The notes beneath the pieces are model-generated. The model saw only the letters and a program-made list of their open reading frames with translations, was not told where the DNA came from and made no database searches. A stretch of 64,000 nucleotides of DNA, from assembly GCF_009914755.1 (NCBI RefSeq), contig NC_060933.1, one strand, 5' to 3'. The position numbers were made by a program, and so were the translations under genes. The stretch is from the human T2T-CHM13v2.0 reference genome, Homo sapiens. Position 1 is the first letter of the stretch; each line of letters starts with the position of its first letter. Positions 27,395 to 42,896 of this stretch are shown in pieces.

Positions 27395-27797
27395 GAGAAC
27401 AGGGATTTAAACCCAGGGACGGAAACTCTTCTCGGTTCCCTATACCATATTCCTGTCTTCAGGGAACTGAGAGCATTTAGTTGCATTAAAACAAATAAAA
27501 AAACAAACAAACAAAAAACCTGCAGGTATCTTGGGCTCTGGAAGGACATACAGGTCAGGGTGAAAAGTATGCTTGGTCCAAGCATCTTTTTTCTTTTAAC
27601 ACATGAAGTATGTGTCTTATTATTTTAAAAGACATTGAGAAAAAGGAACATTCAACATTCTCTTGGTTATAGATACTGGAGTATTAACAAAGTGAAAAGA
27701 GAAAAACTAAAATTTTGTTTGGCTCTGACTTACTAGTTTTAGTAATTTATAAGAACAGCTTTCCATTTGTGCCTTTCATACATCCACTGAGTCATGA

Positions 27798-28154
<357 letters not shown>

Positions 28155-29007
28155 TGACTTTGCTGTGTTTCCTTTGTATCCGATGTGTCTGAGATTGACT
28201 TCCTTGTAAGTCATTCGTTAACAGGTTTCTTGTATTTTCCTAGCCTTCTCAGCCTTCATTGGCTGGAGAGCCTGTAATGTGGCTACAGGCTTCTGAGGCA
28301 AGACGATTTGCTCAGTTTCAAAATGTTAGGGGTCACATGCCATTTTTCATTTGTTAATTATTGAAGATGTCTTTCCCACAGATAAGACCCCAAGGACTCT
28401 CCCAGACTCTTCATCTCCTCTCTGGCCCTGGGCAGAACTCTTCCCCAGGCAAAGTCTGATTTCAGTGTTCCTTTCTGTCCTGCCACTGTTCAGCTCTCTC
28501 CTGTCATCTATCCCCTGCCTACAAGGTCCCCTCCTGACTCGTGCAGCAGTGGTGGCTCTTGCCTGAGATGCATGGCAGCTTCCGAAAGGCTCGCCATGCC
28601 TCCTGTCTCCAGGGTGCAGCTGGATTCCGGCAGCTTCTGCCTAAGTGCTTTCAGTTAGCACACTCTGACAGGCCCCAGGGATGGAAGAGCTAAGGTGGCA
28701 GGGTCAGAAGAAATCTGTTGTTTTTTTATTGTTTGTGATTTATTATGACTTCTCTTTTTTTCTGGATTCATTGTTAAATTCAAGCTCCTGCTGAGGAAAA
28801 CGTTAAAATGTATCGCTTTAAGGAGGTGCAACAGGCAGGAGTCTATGGAACTCTTAATCTTAGCTGCTGCCTCCACTTTGATACAATGCTAGATAAATGC
28901 GAGCATCTTTCCCTAACCTTCCTCCTGAATGCCTCATCCCTTGATCACAAAAACATCCCTTAATAATAGGGGGAAAACCCCAAGTATGTAACCCTATCCA
29001 TAGCCAA

Positions 29008-29047
29008 AATAAAGTCTGCATGCCACAAGTGTTGTGAATTTGTATGA
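29008..29047 (+). terminator. Candidate intronic polyadenylation site
   Basis: AATAAA at 29008-29013, CA dinucleotides at 29024-29027, a downstream GU/U-rich element (gtgttgtgaatttgtatg) and an upstream TGTA at 28987-28990. Confidence 0.55.
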
Positions 29048-29075
29048 TGCCTACTGTACATTCCACTTAAAATAG

Positions 29076-29402
<327 letters not shown>

Positions 29403-29670
29403 ATATACCATCTTATTTTTAAATTGAAAGCTTACAGGCTTCAAGGAAGAGTCTGATAAGGAGAGAGGAAAATCTCAGTTTCATCTGCTTTGGTGGCAGA
29501 AGCTCCAAAACGGAAATGTCCTGGGGCCCCTGCCCAGTGCACCAGCTACCTGAGGCCCTCCTCCACCAGGACCTGGCTCTGTCGTCACCCACGGTCCTCT
29601 GTCCTCCACCCTCCCTCCCTTCCCTCTCCCTCTCCCTCTAACTGCTGACTATGCTCACACTTCTCCCATC

Positions 29671-29836
29671 TTTTTTTTTTTTTTTTTTTGAGACAGAGTC
29701 TGGCTCTATTGCCCAGGCTGGAGTTCAGTGGCGCGATTTCGGCTCACTGCAACCTCTGACTCTGGAGCTCAGGTGATCCTGCCGCCTCAGCCTCCCAAGT
29801 AGCTGGGACCACAGGCACGAGCCACCACACCCAGCC
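29671..29836 (-). mobile_element. Alu right monomer (FRAM or 5'-truncated Alu)
   Basis: Single arm flanked by tctcccatc/tctcctatc. Confidence 0.85.
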
Positions 29837-30269
29837 TCTCCTATCCTTAATAATCTCTCCTTTAAACTGCTGCACCCTCATCTAATTATCAAAACACTTC
29901 TTGTCTCCATTCCCACAGCTCTTAAGAACTTCCAGTCCTCTGGAATCTGCTTTCTGCTCTCACCAGTACAGGAAAACTGTTTTTTCCTTGGCTCATTGTG
30001 CCCTGACAGTCACCAGATTATGGAAGCAAATTTTATTTTTAATCTTTTGAGACTCTTCTGCTTTGTTTGGTACTGTTGACAGCTCTTCTGGAAGTTTTTG
30101 TCACTGGCTTTTGTGGCAGTCCCTCACCTGATTCTTCTTGCCCTCTGTCATTCCTCCTCCATCTCCTTCGAGGTCTGCCCTTTGCCTGCCTGTGTCTTCA
30201 GAGCTGATCTTCCTCGGGGCCTCCACACTCGGCTGCGTGTCCTCCCAGAGTGGTCTCATCTAAACCCCC

Positions 30270-31085
30270 ATCTTAGGTGGGAGTCTCCAGGTGCAGACCC
30301 TGATGCAAGGGGTATGGGAAAGAGATTTATTAGGAATTGTTCTGATACGGGTTGGCTGTGTGTCCCCGCCCAAATCTCATGTTGAATTGTAATCCCCAGT
30401 GTTGGAGGTGGGGCCTGGCGGGAGGTGACTGGATCACAGAGGTGGTTTGTCATGGTTTAACACCATCCCCCCTTGGTGCTGTGGTCACAATAGTGAGTGA
30501 GTTCTCATGAGCTCTGGTTATTTAAAAGTGTGTGGCACCTTCCTCCACCAACTGTCTCCCTCCCGCCCCAGCCATGTAAGATGTCCTGCTTCCCCTTTGC
30601 CTTCTGCCATAATTGTAAGTTTCCTGAGGCCTCCGAGCAGGTGACAGCATCATGCTTCCTGTACAACCTGCAGAACCGTGAGCCAATTAAACCTCTTTTA
30701 TTTATAAATTACCCAGTCTTGTGTATTTCTTTATGGCAATTCAGGAACAGACTAATATATGTTCCCAGGAGGTGGAAAGGGAAGGGAAATGGAAGTGAGG
30801 AGGCCAAGCCAGGGTGCCGTGACATCAGGCCAGGTCATGCAGGGTTACTCTGGAAGAAGCATGGGTCACCCTCAGTTGTTCGCATCAGGCAGTGGACCCC
30901 CAGGGTGCATGTACCCCTGCACTTGTCTCATTGGTTGGAAAAATGTACAGTCCCAGGTGCTTCCAGCTCCATGTGTTCACAGGAAAGACAGGCTCAGGCA
31001 ACCCCAGGGCCACCCTCTGACGAAGAGTCGCAGAGAGCATGCCAAGGGCTGGTGTGCACACGGGTGGGGTGTGGGCATGGCCGGC
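30270..31085 (-). mobile_element. LTR33-like ERVL LTR interrupted by an MST element
   Basis: tcttaggtgggagtctccaggtgcagaccctga...tttattaggaa, resuming at ccaggagg after the MST. Confidence 0.5.
30343..30759 (+). mobile_element. MST (MaLR) solo LTR
   Basis: Starts tgatacgggttggctgtgtgtcccc, ends cagactaatata; perfect 5-bp TSD TGTTC. Confidence 0.9.
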
Positions 31086-31716
31086 CATACCCCCTTTTAA
31101 GCCAAAGGCTCCCAAGTCTCCACCAGCAGCCCCACTCTCTCTAAAGATCAAGCGTGAATGCTTAACTCCCCGTTGACATCTCTCCTGGTTACCCCACAGT
31201 CATCTCTTACTGATCATCCCCTCTACCCTGCTTCATCTGCTCCCCTCCCATAGTGTTGTACTCATCGCTGGTGGCACAGGTCCACCCACAACAGGGTAGG
31301 AGACTGGGAGCTCCAGCTCCTGCCTCTCCTTCACTCCTTCCCTGGGAGCCATTGCTAACAACTGCCAATTTCATCTCCTAAGGATTTCCTCAATTCAACT
31401 CCTCTTCTCCACCCCTAATACCACTGTCTCTCTCTTCACCACTTGCTTGTAGCAGTCCAACAGCCCCAAAGTGTTTTCTATTTTCTACTTCTGGTCTTGC
31501 CCTTCCTTGCTGCCACCAGAGAGCTCTCCTTAAAACACCTCATGGTTCTGCCACCTCCTTGCTAAAACTCTCCAAAAGCTTCCCCTCACCTGCAGGAAAA
31601 TCTTCAAGCCCCTTAGTGTGGCATGCAAGTCCCTGCACATCACCTCTGTCCCCCATCTCATCTCTTGTCGTTCTTTGCTTTACCCTCTCCCTCCAGGTAG
31701 CTCAGAGACCCCTCCT

Positions 31717-32925
31717 GTGGTAGTCAGCTCGGGCTGCCATAATAAGTTACTAAAGGCCAACATAAATTTATCTTCCCACAGTCTGGAGGCCAGGAGTCCC
31801 AGATCAAGATGTTGACAGATTTGGTTTCTTCTGAGCCCTCACTCCTTGGCTTGCAGTCACTGAGCAGAAAAAACAAACTGTTTTTCATCTGCTCTCACTC
31901 CACAACCATCAACACAGAAGACTTCTGTGGCCAAATGTGTAGGAGGTTTCCCCACACACCAAGCAAGCAATAACTTCTGTAGTGGACACCAGCTGGGTGT
32001 CCTCTAATTCAGTTTAATTCTGACACTGTCCAGAGCATCAGATCCCACAGGGTGAGGGCTCAGTCCCACAAGACTGCCTTCCACCTCCGACACCAGTCAC
32101 ACGCCCCAGGTTGTCTACCCTGTGTTTTTGACCAACCAACTATAAATTGGGGTTCCCATGGCTGGCACGTTGGGTTTATTAATTTGCTAGAGCAGCTGAC
32201 AGAACTCAGGGAAACACTCACATTTACTCCTTTATTATAAAGATATTACAAGGGATACAGGTGAAGAGATGCATAGGGTGAGGTATGAGGGAAGGGGTGT
32301 GAGGCTTCCCTGCCCTCTCCAGATGTGCCCCTTTCCCTGCGTTCAGCTATCCAGAAGCTCTCCTAACTTTGGGGGGTTTATGGAGGCTTCGTTATACAGA
32401 CATGATTCGTCAAACCATTGGCCTTTGGTGGTCAACTTGACCTTTACCCCCGTCCCCTCCCCGGAGATTGGGGGGCGGGGCTGAAAGTCCCAACCCTCTA
32501 ATGCTGCCTTGGTCTTTCCAGTGACCAGCTCCTCCTGAAGCTACCTAGGGGCTGCTAGCCACCCATCAACTCATTAGCATACAAAGGCGTAATTGTGAAG
32601 ATCCAGAGGATTTTAGAAATTATATGCCAGGAAACGAGGACAAAAACCAAATATACACTCCACAGTGTGACAGCCATCTTCTCGCTGTGTCCTCAAGCGG
32701 CCTTTTCTCTGCGTGTGCATGTCCCTCGTGTCCCTCTGTATGTCTTAATCTGCTCTTCCTAAAGGACACTAGTCACATTGGAATAGGCCCACCCTGACAG
32801 CCTCATTTTAATTTAACCACCCCTTGAAGCCCTCAACTGCCCTATCTCCAAAGACAGTCATATTCTGAGGTACAGGGGGATATGGTTCCAACATATACAT
32901 TTGGGGGAACCCAGTTCAGTCATAG
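31717..32925 (-). mobile_element. MLT1 LTR split by a MER21-like LTR (about 31856-32671)
   Basis: MLT1 text stops at ggcttgcag and resumes at cagccatcttctcgctgtgtcctca. The insert has MER21 hallmarks (cagatcccacagggtgagggctcagtcccacaagactgcc). Confidence 0.75.
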
Positions 32926-33232
32926 CTCCTACCATCTGCCTGCTCTTTCTTACCTCCATGCCTTTTAAAGATGTTGTCTCTATTTAGAATATCCTTGCCT
33001 TGCTGCATAATTCCATATCATTATGACTCATCATTATGACTCAGCACAGATTGCATTGCCTTCCCAGAAACTCTCAGACCCTATCCTAATGTAAGCTGCT
33101 GTCCCTCCTCTGTACTCCTAGGCTCTCTTCTCTGTCTCTCTCTGATCTTACTACATGATTTGGTCATTCTTTTTATGTTTACCACATTAAATTGCCAATA
33201 TTTGACCATTTTTGCCCTACAAGAACAATTTC

Positions 33233-33527
33233 TTTTTTCTTTTTTGAGATGGAGTCTCGCTCTGTCACCCAGGCTGGAGTGCAGTGGCGTGGTCTCGGCT
33301 CACTGCAACCTCCACCTCCCTGGGTTCAAGCGATTCTCCTGCCTCAGCCTCCCGAGTAGCTGGGACTACAGGCACATGCCACCACACCCAGATAATTTTT
33401 TGTATTTTTAGTGGAGACAGGATTTCACTGTGTTAGCCAGAATGGTCTCGATTTCCTGACCTTGTGATCCACCTGCCTTGGCCTCCCAAAGTGCTGGGAT
33501 TACAGGCGTGAGCGACCGCGCCCGGCC
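33233..33527 (-). mobile_element. AluSc-like element
   Basis: Antisense Alu; TSD aacaatttc. Confidence 0.94.
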
Positions 33528-34322
33528 AAAAACAATTTCATATGGTCCAACCAAATACATATCTCGCTTCTGACCCTCAGACTTTTGTCCCTAGGGATTA
33601 CGTCTTGTTTCTCAGTGCACCACAGTGCTTGGCACTGAGAGGGTGCTCCGTGAGTGTTGAAAAAATGAATCTCATAGACATGATGTCTGTCCCTGAGGTT
33701 CTTTATATGTTATTTGGAGAGCTGAAATACTGGTCCCAAGATAGATAGGTAATCCTAGGCTACATCCTCAGAGTTCTAAGAACTGAGAGTTTACTGTTGA
33801 CAGATTTAGTTAGAAAGGGCTACAGGGGGATGTGAGGCTTGAGCTGGGATAGTAAGAAAGGATACCACTGAGATGGGTGAAGAGGCAGAGGGAGAGGAAT
33901 TCAAGGAGCAAAGCCTGGTAGGCATAAAAAGGAATGGATTGTGGATGTGGACATTAACATGAGAATGGACTTGCTGGAGAGGACAGCCACGAAAAGAACC
34001 AGTGAGACTGAAGGTGGGCCAGGCAAGGCTAGGCTAAGTCATGGAGCTCCTCGGATGCCAAATTGAAGAACTCGTATGTGATCCTCTGGGTAATGGTGAG
34101 GTATTTTATGTTCCAAGAATGACATAATGAAAGTAGAGTTCTAGGAAGATTACCCAGCGTTTGGGATAACATATGATCAAAGAGAAAGAGTCTAGAGAAC
34201 AGATGGAATCAGGTGGCTGTGTGAGGAACAGAGGCATAAGTTCGGAAGACCTTGGTTGGCCTAAAGATCTGACTGAATTGTTCATTTGCAGCTATCAAAA
34301 ATGGATTGAAAGAAGGCTTCTA

Positions 34323-34628
<306 letters not shown>

Positions 34629-34915
34629 CTAATAATACAATGTAAAGCCATCCCCATTGTATATAAGGATTGACCCATTAAAAGAAAGGTTAAATTCGGG
34701 GGTTCTGTGAAGTTTGTGAGTCTTTGAAAAGAGGGAAAGACAACAGCCCATGTTCCTCCTTGGCCAAGGTCTGGTTGATCCTGCCTCGTGTTAGGGAGGC
34801 ATCATCTGAGGATATGGATTGAGCTTCACTCCAGAGCTCCTCCGCCCTTGGTCTTGACCCAGGATGGTAGGATGGGGTTTATGAGAATGGCTGCCTGGAT
34901 GAGTTCTGACTCTAC

Positions 34916-35462
34916 TACAGGTTCAGAATTTCTAATATGAAAATCTGAACAAAACTTCCTGGGCAACAACATGACCACTAATGGAAAATTTCATACCTGA
35001 TCTCATGTGATGGTGGCTCCCAGTCAAAACTTTGTTTCATATACAAAATTATTTAAAATAATGTATAAAATTACCTTCAGGCTATGTGTATAAAAGGTAC
35101 TCAGTATCCTCGGGGCATTGGTTCCAGGACTGCCCCCATACCAAAATCTCAGGATGCATAGTCAGCCTTGTGGAACTGAGGAAACAGAAAGCTGGTCCTT
35201 TGTATCTGGGGGTTCTACATCCCTGGAGTACTATATTTTCAGTCTGAGGTTGGTTGAATCTGCAGCTGATTGAATCCAAGCATGGAGAACCTGAGGATTG
35301 GGAGGACCAACTATATATGAAACATAAATAAATTTGTATTTTGACTTGGGTCCCATCCCCAAGATATTTCATTTGTATGTAGATATTCCAAAATCCAAAA
35401 ATATCGGAAGTCTGAAACACTTCTGGTTCCAAATATTTTGGATAAAGGATACTCAAGCTTTA
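34916..35462. mobile_element. Tigger4/MER46-like DNA transposon with a nested MER2 (about 35098-35312)
   Basis: aaaattaccttcaggctatgtgtataa...tatgaaacataaat...ggatactcaa is interrupted by cagtatcctcggggcattggttccagga...ggaggaccaacta. Confidence 0.75.
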
Positions 35463-35621
35463 CACACATTTGCTGTGTGGCCTTGAGAGAGTTACTCAAC
35501 CACACTTAGCTTTAGTCCCCTTAGCTGTAAAACAGGGATGATTAACACAATAGTTTCTACCTTATAGGTGGATGTGAGGAATAAATACAATGAATACATG
35601 CAATCCATTTAGAACATGTAT

Positions 35622-36025
35622 GTTAAGTTGAATCACAGGCAATTGCTGTTTTGGTGGATCTAAAATGAATATTGTCAGGGCCAGGTGCGGTGGCTCATGC
35701 CTGTAATCTCAGCACTTTGAGAGGCCGAGGCGGGCAGATCACTTGAGGTCAGGAGTTCGAGATCAGCCTGGCCAACATGGTGAAACCCCATCTCCACTAA
35801 ATATAAAAATTAGCCTGGCATGGTGGCATGCCTATAATCCTAGCTACTCAGAAGGCTGAGGCACGAGAATTTCTTGAACCTGAGAGGCAGAGGCTGAAGT
35901 GAGCTCAGACTGCACTCCAGCCTGGACAGCAAAGTGAGACTCCATCTCAATAAATAAATAAATAAATAATAAAATAAAATAAAATAGAATGAATATTGGC
36001 AATTTCCTACAGTTCAGGTAAATAC
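35622..36025. mobile_element. MADE2-like MITE split by an Alu (+, 35679-35985)
   Basis: ttaagttgaatc..gcaattgc left end and ggcaatttcc..gttcaggtaa right end; Alu TSD aatgaatattg. Confidence 0.7.
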
Positions 36026-37884
36026 TTAACACGTTTGATGCTATCATCTATGTCCTCTGGCACTTGGAAAAGGTTTGTCCAACAAGTGGCAGAGGGCACA
36101 GGGACACAGCCCCCACTGCCCCTCCTGGCTTATTCTGATTTCCTCAGCCTGGCTCGTCCCCTCATGTCCGCATGGCTCTGGAGCTGGGCCCTTCCCTTTC
36201 CCTGCTGCCACCCTTCCCTGGGGACCACACAAGGCATCTGCTCCTGTCTCTTGACCAACCAGAACATGGAAACACCTCCCTCCCTTCCTGACAAGTATAA
36301 TTGGCTGGAATGTTCAACAAGTTAATTTTACTAATTAAGAGAATGTTAAAAAAAAAAGTGCAAGAATGCCTGGTTACAAATGTAGAGCACAGGCATAAAA
36401 GGAAAGAGTCTGAAAGTTCAACAGAGATGCTCAAGCAAATCGCTAGAGGTAAGAATTGAATGAGCAGCACTTCTAAGACTACCCTTCTGGAACCTACATC
36501 TAGTCCAGCCCCTCTGAAGGGCAACCCTTGGGTCCCCTCTGGCTCTTCTCTGTAAAGCTCCTCTGGCCTCTGTTCAAAATCTCACCACTGTCCAGAGTGG
36601 AAAAAAGTTCTTGCCTTTATGGCTTCCGAGAGTTCCTACCTGATCATTGGCCTGTGCCTCTCCTAAGGTCTCAACTGTATGTCTTAGAATTCCTGCCCTA
36701 CACCCCTCTATCCCTCAGGCACGTGGGATTCCCCTACCCACTCCTGTCTGTCTAGTGTTTTTATTTGAACCACATACACTAACAAGCGACCTGTGAAGAG
36801 TGTTTCTACCTGTTCTTGATGGGAGGATGCTATACCTATGCCAGCATTTTCTGAAAAACTTTAGAGCTCTCAGCTAGCCAGAAATGGACTCTGCCCTTTC
36901 CTGTTTCAAAGGTCAGCTCCACCAGCCTGAGCTGCCCACTCAGTTTGTTTCCTGTTAGAGGGACACCCTCAGCTCTCAGCTCTTTTAAACAGCAAAGATG
37001 ACAGACATGTCCTGAATAATTGAACTCAAATAACCTTCCCTCTTTATTTTTCCAGACCATTTCCTGGTTAGTCAGCACTCAGGTCTTTCTAAGGGGGAGA
37101 GAATTCTCCATAGACCCCTAATTACATATTTACAGTACTTGGTGTTTCATTTTTGCAATAACATCTAGTAGGGTCCTTTTTCTTTATATAGAAAAACATG
37201 AAAAAGCAAGACATTTCATAATCACTGGTTAGTTAACTTTGGTTAATTTTTTTCAAAGCACATAGTAAGAAAATTCAAGCAGTTTAGAAAAGTATAAAAT
37301 TCCATTTACTACCACTGTAGTCCCTTACCCAAAGATAATTACTGCTACTGTTTTCTTGTGAATCTTGGGAAAGTAAATTTTGTAAGTATACATGCATACT
37401 TCCATATTGCTGCTCCGTGTAGCACTGATTCATTATAATGCTATTTGACTATAAAATATTTCGTACAAAATTATTCATGTACATATGCCAGTCCATAATA
37501 ATTCACTCTTATTTTGCCCATCCTAAGGATATCTTATGCACTCAGCCAGTAGGAAGAATCACTATGTACATTACATGTTCAGCTAATGAGCGTTAGTTTC
37601 CCATTCAGAAAAACTCTCATCCAGTGAGTGCTTTCTCATGTAACGCCAAATTCACTTTGTTCCACAGAGTATTTGCTTACTTCCTGTGCCCCTTTTTCCT
37701 ACCATTTAGTTTGTGTTTTGGCCAACAGTTTTGATCTAGAATGGATGACAAAAACTATATGGGTATTCTGCTGGACCTGCCACAAAGACACGAAAGAAGA
37801 ACATCCTGCTAGATGTTACAAATCTGCTTTACAGGAGTTCTTGCCCCTTTCAAGTCAATGGTTGAGGACAGAAGGAATAAGAAA

Positions 37885-40275
<2,391 letters not shown>

Positions 40276-41750
40276 AGAGAGAGATTGATGGAAATCATTT
40301 AATGTTCTCTACTGTCTCATAATACCCCTGTAGCCTGGTGGGGTTGATCAACAATCATCTGGAGGAGACATGGAAAAAGAAATTAGGGCAGGAGGCGACT
40401 GGTGACCTCCGAGGTTTGGATGAGACCCACGGGGCCATTTCCAGCGTTGGATGGATGGAAGACATCTCCATAGGGTCTGTGATATAACAACCCCGTGGAA
40501 TGATAATTCACTCCCAAGAAAGCATCCCTCAAGCACAAGTGTATACACACAAGATTGTGTGTTTTATCCATGCCATGCTATACCTCCCATTGTCCTCTTA
40601 ATAATAGAATCCTGGCTAGTGTTCTGTCATCAACACAGTGAATTATTTGTTTTTTTTTAACTGCTGTGAGTATTCCCAGATATGAATGTTCCGTTACTAA
40701 CCATCAAACATTTGTTAACCATTGGGCGTCATCATGGTCATTTCTAGTTTTTTGCTTTCATAAACAATGCTATGGTGAATGGTCTCACACTTACTGTTAG
40801 ATGCACTGCATGTGAAATAGAAGACCCAAAGAGCACACTGTTGCTGGCAAGGCTGAGAAGAGAGCTCCTCTGCTGAGGACTCGTCCTCTTGTGCATCCTG
40901 GTATGTACTGGGCTGAAAACCAGGCAAGCCCTCCACCCCTGCCGCTGCCGCCCCCATGCCTAGGGCCGTGCTGTCCTCCACTGAGGAGGGAAAAGTCCTT
41001 CTCCAGCTCCCACGGGCCATCTGCTCCTCGTTGAGTCATCAGATGAGGCGATCCTTCCCATTACCTCAGCACACAGCACTGCACATGCTGTTGGTGTTCA
41101 AAACGGGCTTCGAGCCTCCTCTTGTAAAATGAAGCCAATGTTTGTCTCATTTGCCTCTTTCCAGAAGAAGTCGTGATTTTTTTTTTAATGCAATACAGAA
41201 AAAGTTTTCCATTTTTATTCTTTCTACTTTTGCTTCCAGTAATTTTCAGGTTCTCTGTATTCCTGTGTTCTGAATGTGTATGGCACACCAGCAGCCTGAG
41301 TTATGGCTGAGTCACTATGATCACCTTAACCCTGATAGATGAACCCAGCTTATGAGGAGACCTGTCTCAGCACATTGCACAGCTCTACCCCGCCCCAAAC
41401 AGAACACTGTGAAAAGTACAGTCAAGGCCTTGTACTGCCTGGATCCTATACTCAAAAAGTTAATTCTATCTCGCAATATATATTTAATACAATTCAGTTA
41501 AGCTTCCTCTAAATAATTCATTTAGTTTAGTTTTTTTGAAATGAAAACCACACTTGATGCTGATTTAGCAAGGCCAAAGCTATGTAGCAAACCTCTTGAC
41601 TCTACTGAATGGATGAATAATGTTTTCCTTCACATGCTTTAGCTTAAATATATTCCGGGCTGTACAGTCTCTTAAAATTGTAGATATTAGAGTCAGAAAG
41701 GACCTTAAAAGTGATTTTGCCTAACCTTCCCTGTGCCTGACAGATGGCCA

Positions 41751-41885
41751 CTCAGCTTCTACCTGAGCAGTTCCAGGATCCAGGTCTCATTGCACTAGCA
41801 AACAGCAGATTTCCTGTGCTCAGCTTCTACCTGAGCAGTTCCAGGATCCAGGTCTCATTGCACTAACAAACAGCAGATTTCCTGT
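41751..41885. repeat. Tandem duplication, 2 x 68 bp
   Basis: ctcagcttctacctgagcag...gatttcctgt at 41751 and 41819; 1 internal mismatch. Confidence 0.95.
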
Positions 41886-42199
41886 AGGAAGAGCCTGATC
41901 CTTAGAATGGCCCTTCTCAGATTTGGCTGGAATCTGCCTCCTGTAACATCTGCGCAGTCCTCTTAGCTCTTATCTCCAGAATTGCACAGAATGCGCCTTG
42001 CTCCCACCAAAACAATCTACGTATCTGAAGGCTCTTCTTTCTTTTCCTGACCAATAGGTCACTTTTTTGGGTGAATTTAGCATATATACCGCATGCCTGG
42101 GAGAACGTTCGCTTTCTTGGGCTTGGTCCTTGGTTGTTCTCTTTGTTGACAGTGGTCTTCTCCAAATGTGACAACTGAACTGAACACAGCCTGCTTTGA

Positions 42200-42896
<697 letters not shown>

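Larger units (their letters stand above)
29840..33670 (+). mobile_element. Long degraded L2 fragmented by nested LTR insertions and an Alu
   Basis: Pyrimidine-rich L2 ORF2/3'UTR text resumes between insertions; L2 tail at about 33600-33670. Confidence 0.6.

Noticed and set aside
30497-31144. 215-aa ORF
   Set aside because: Runs through MST and LTR33-like LTR sequence; no recognisable domain.
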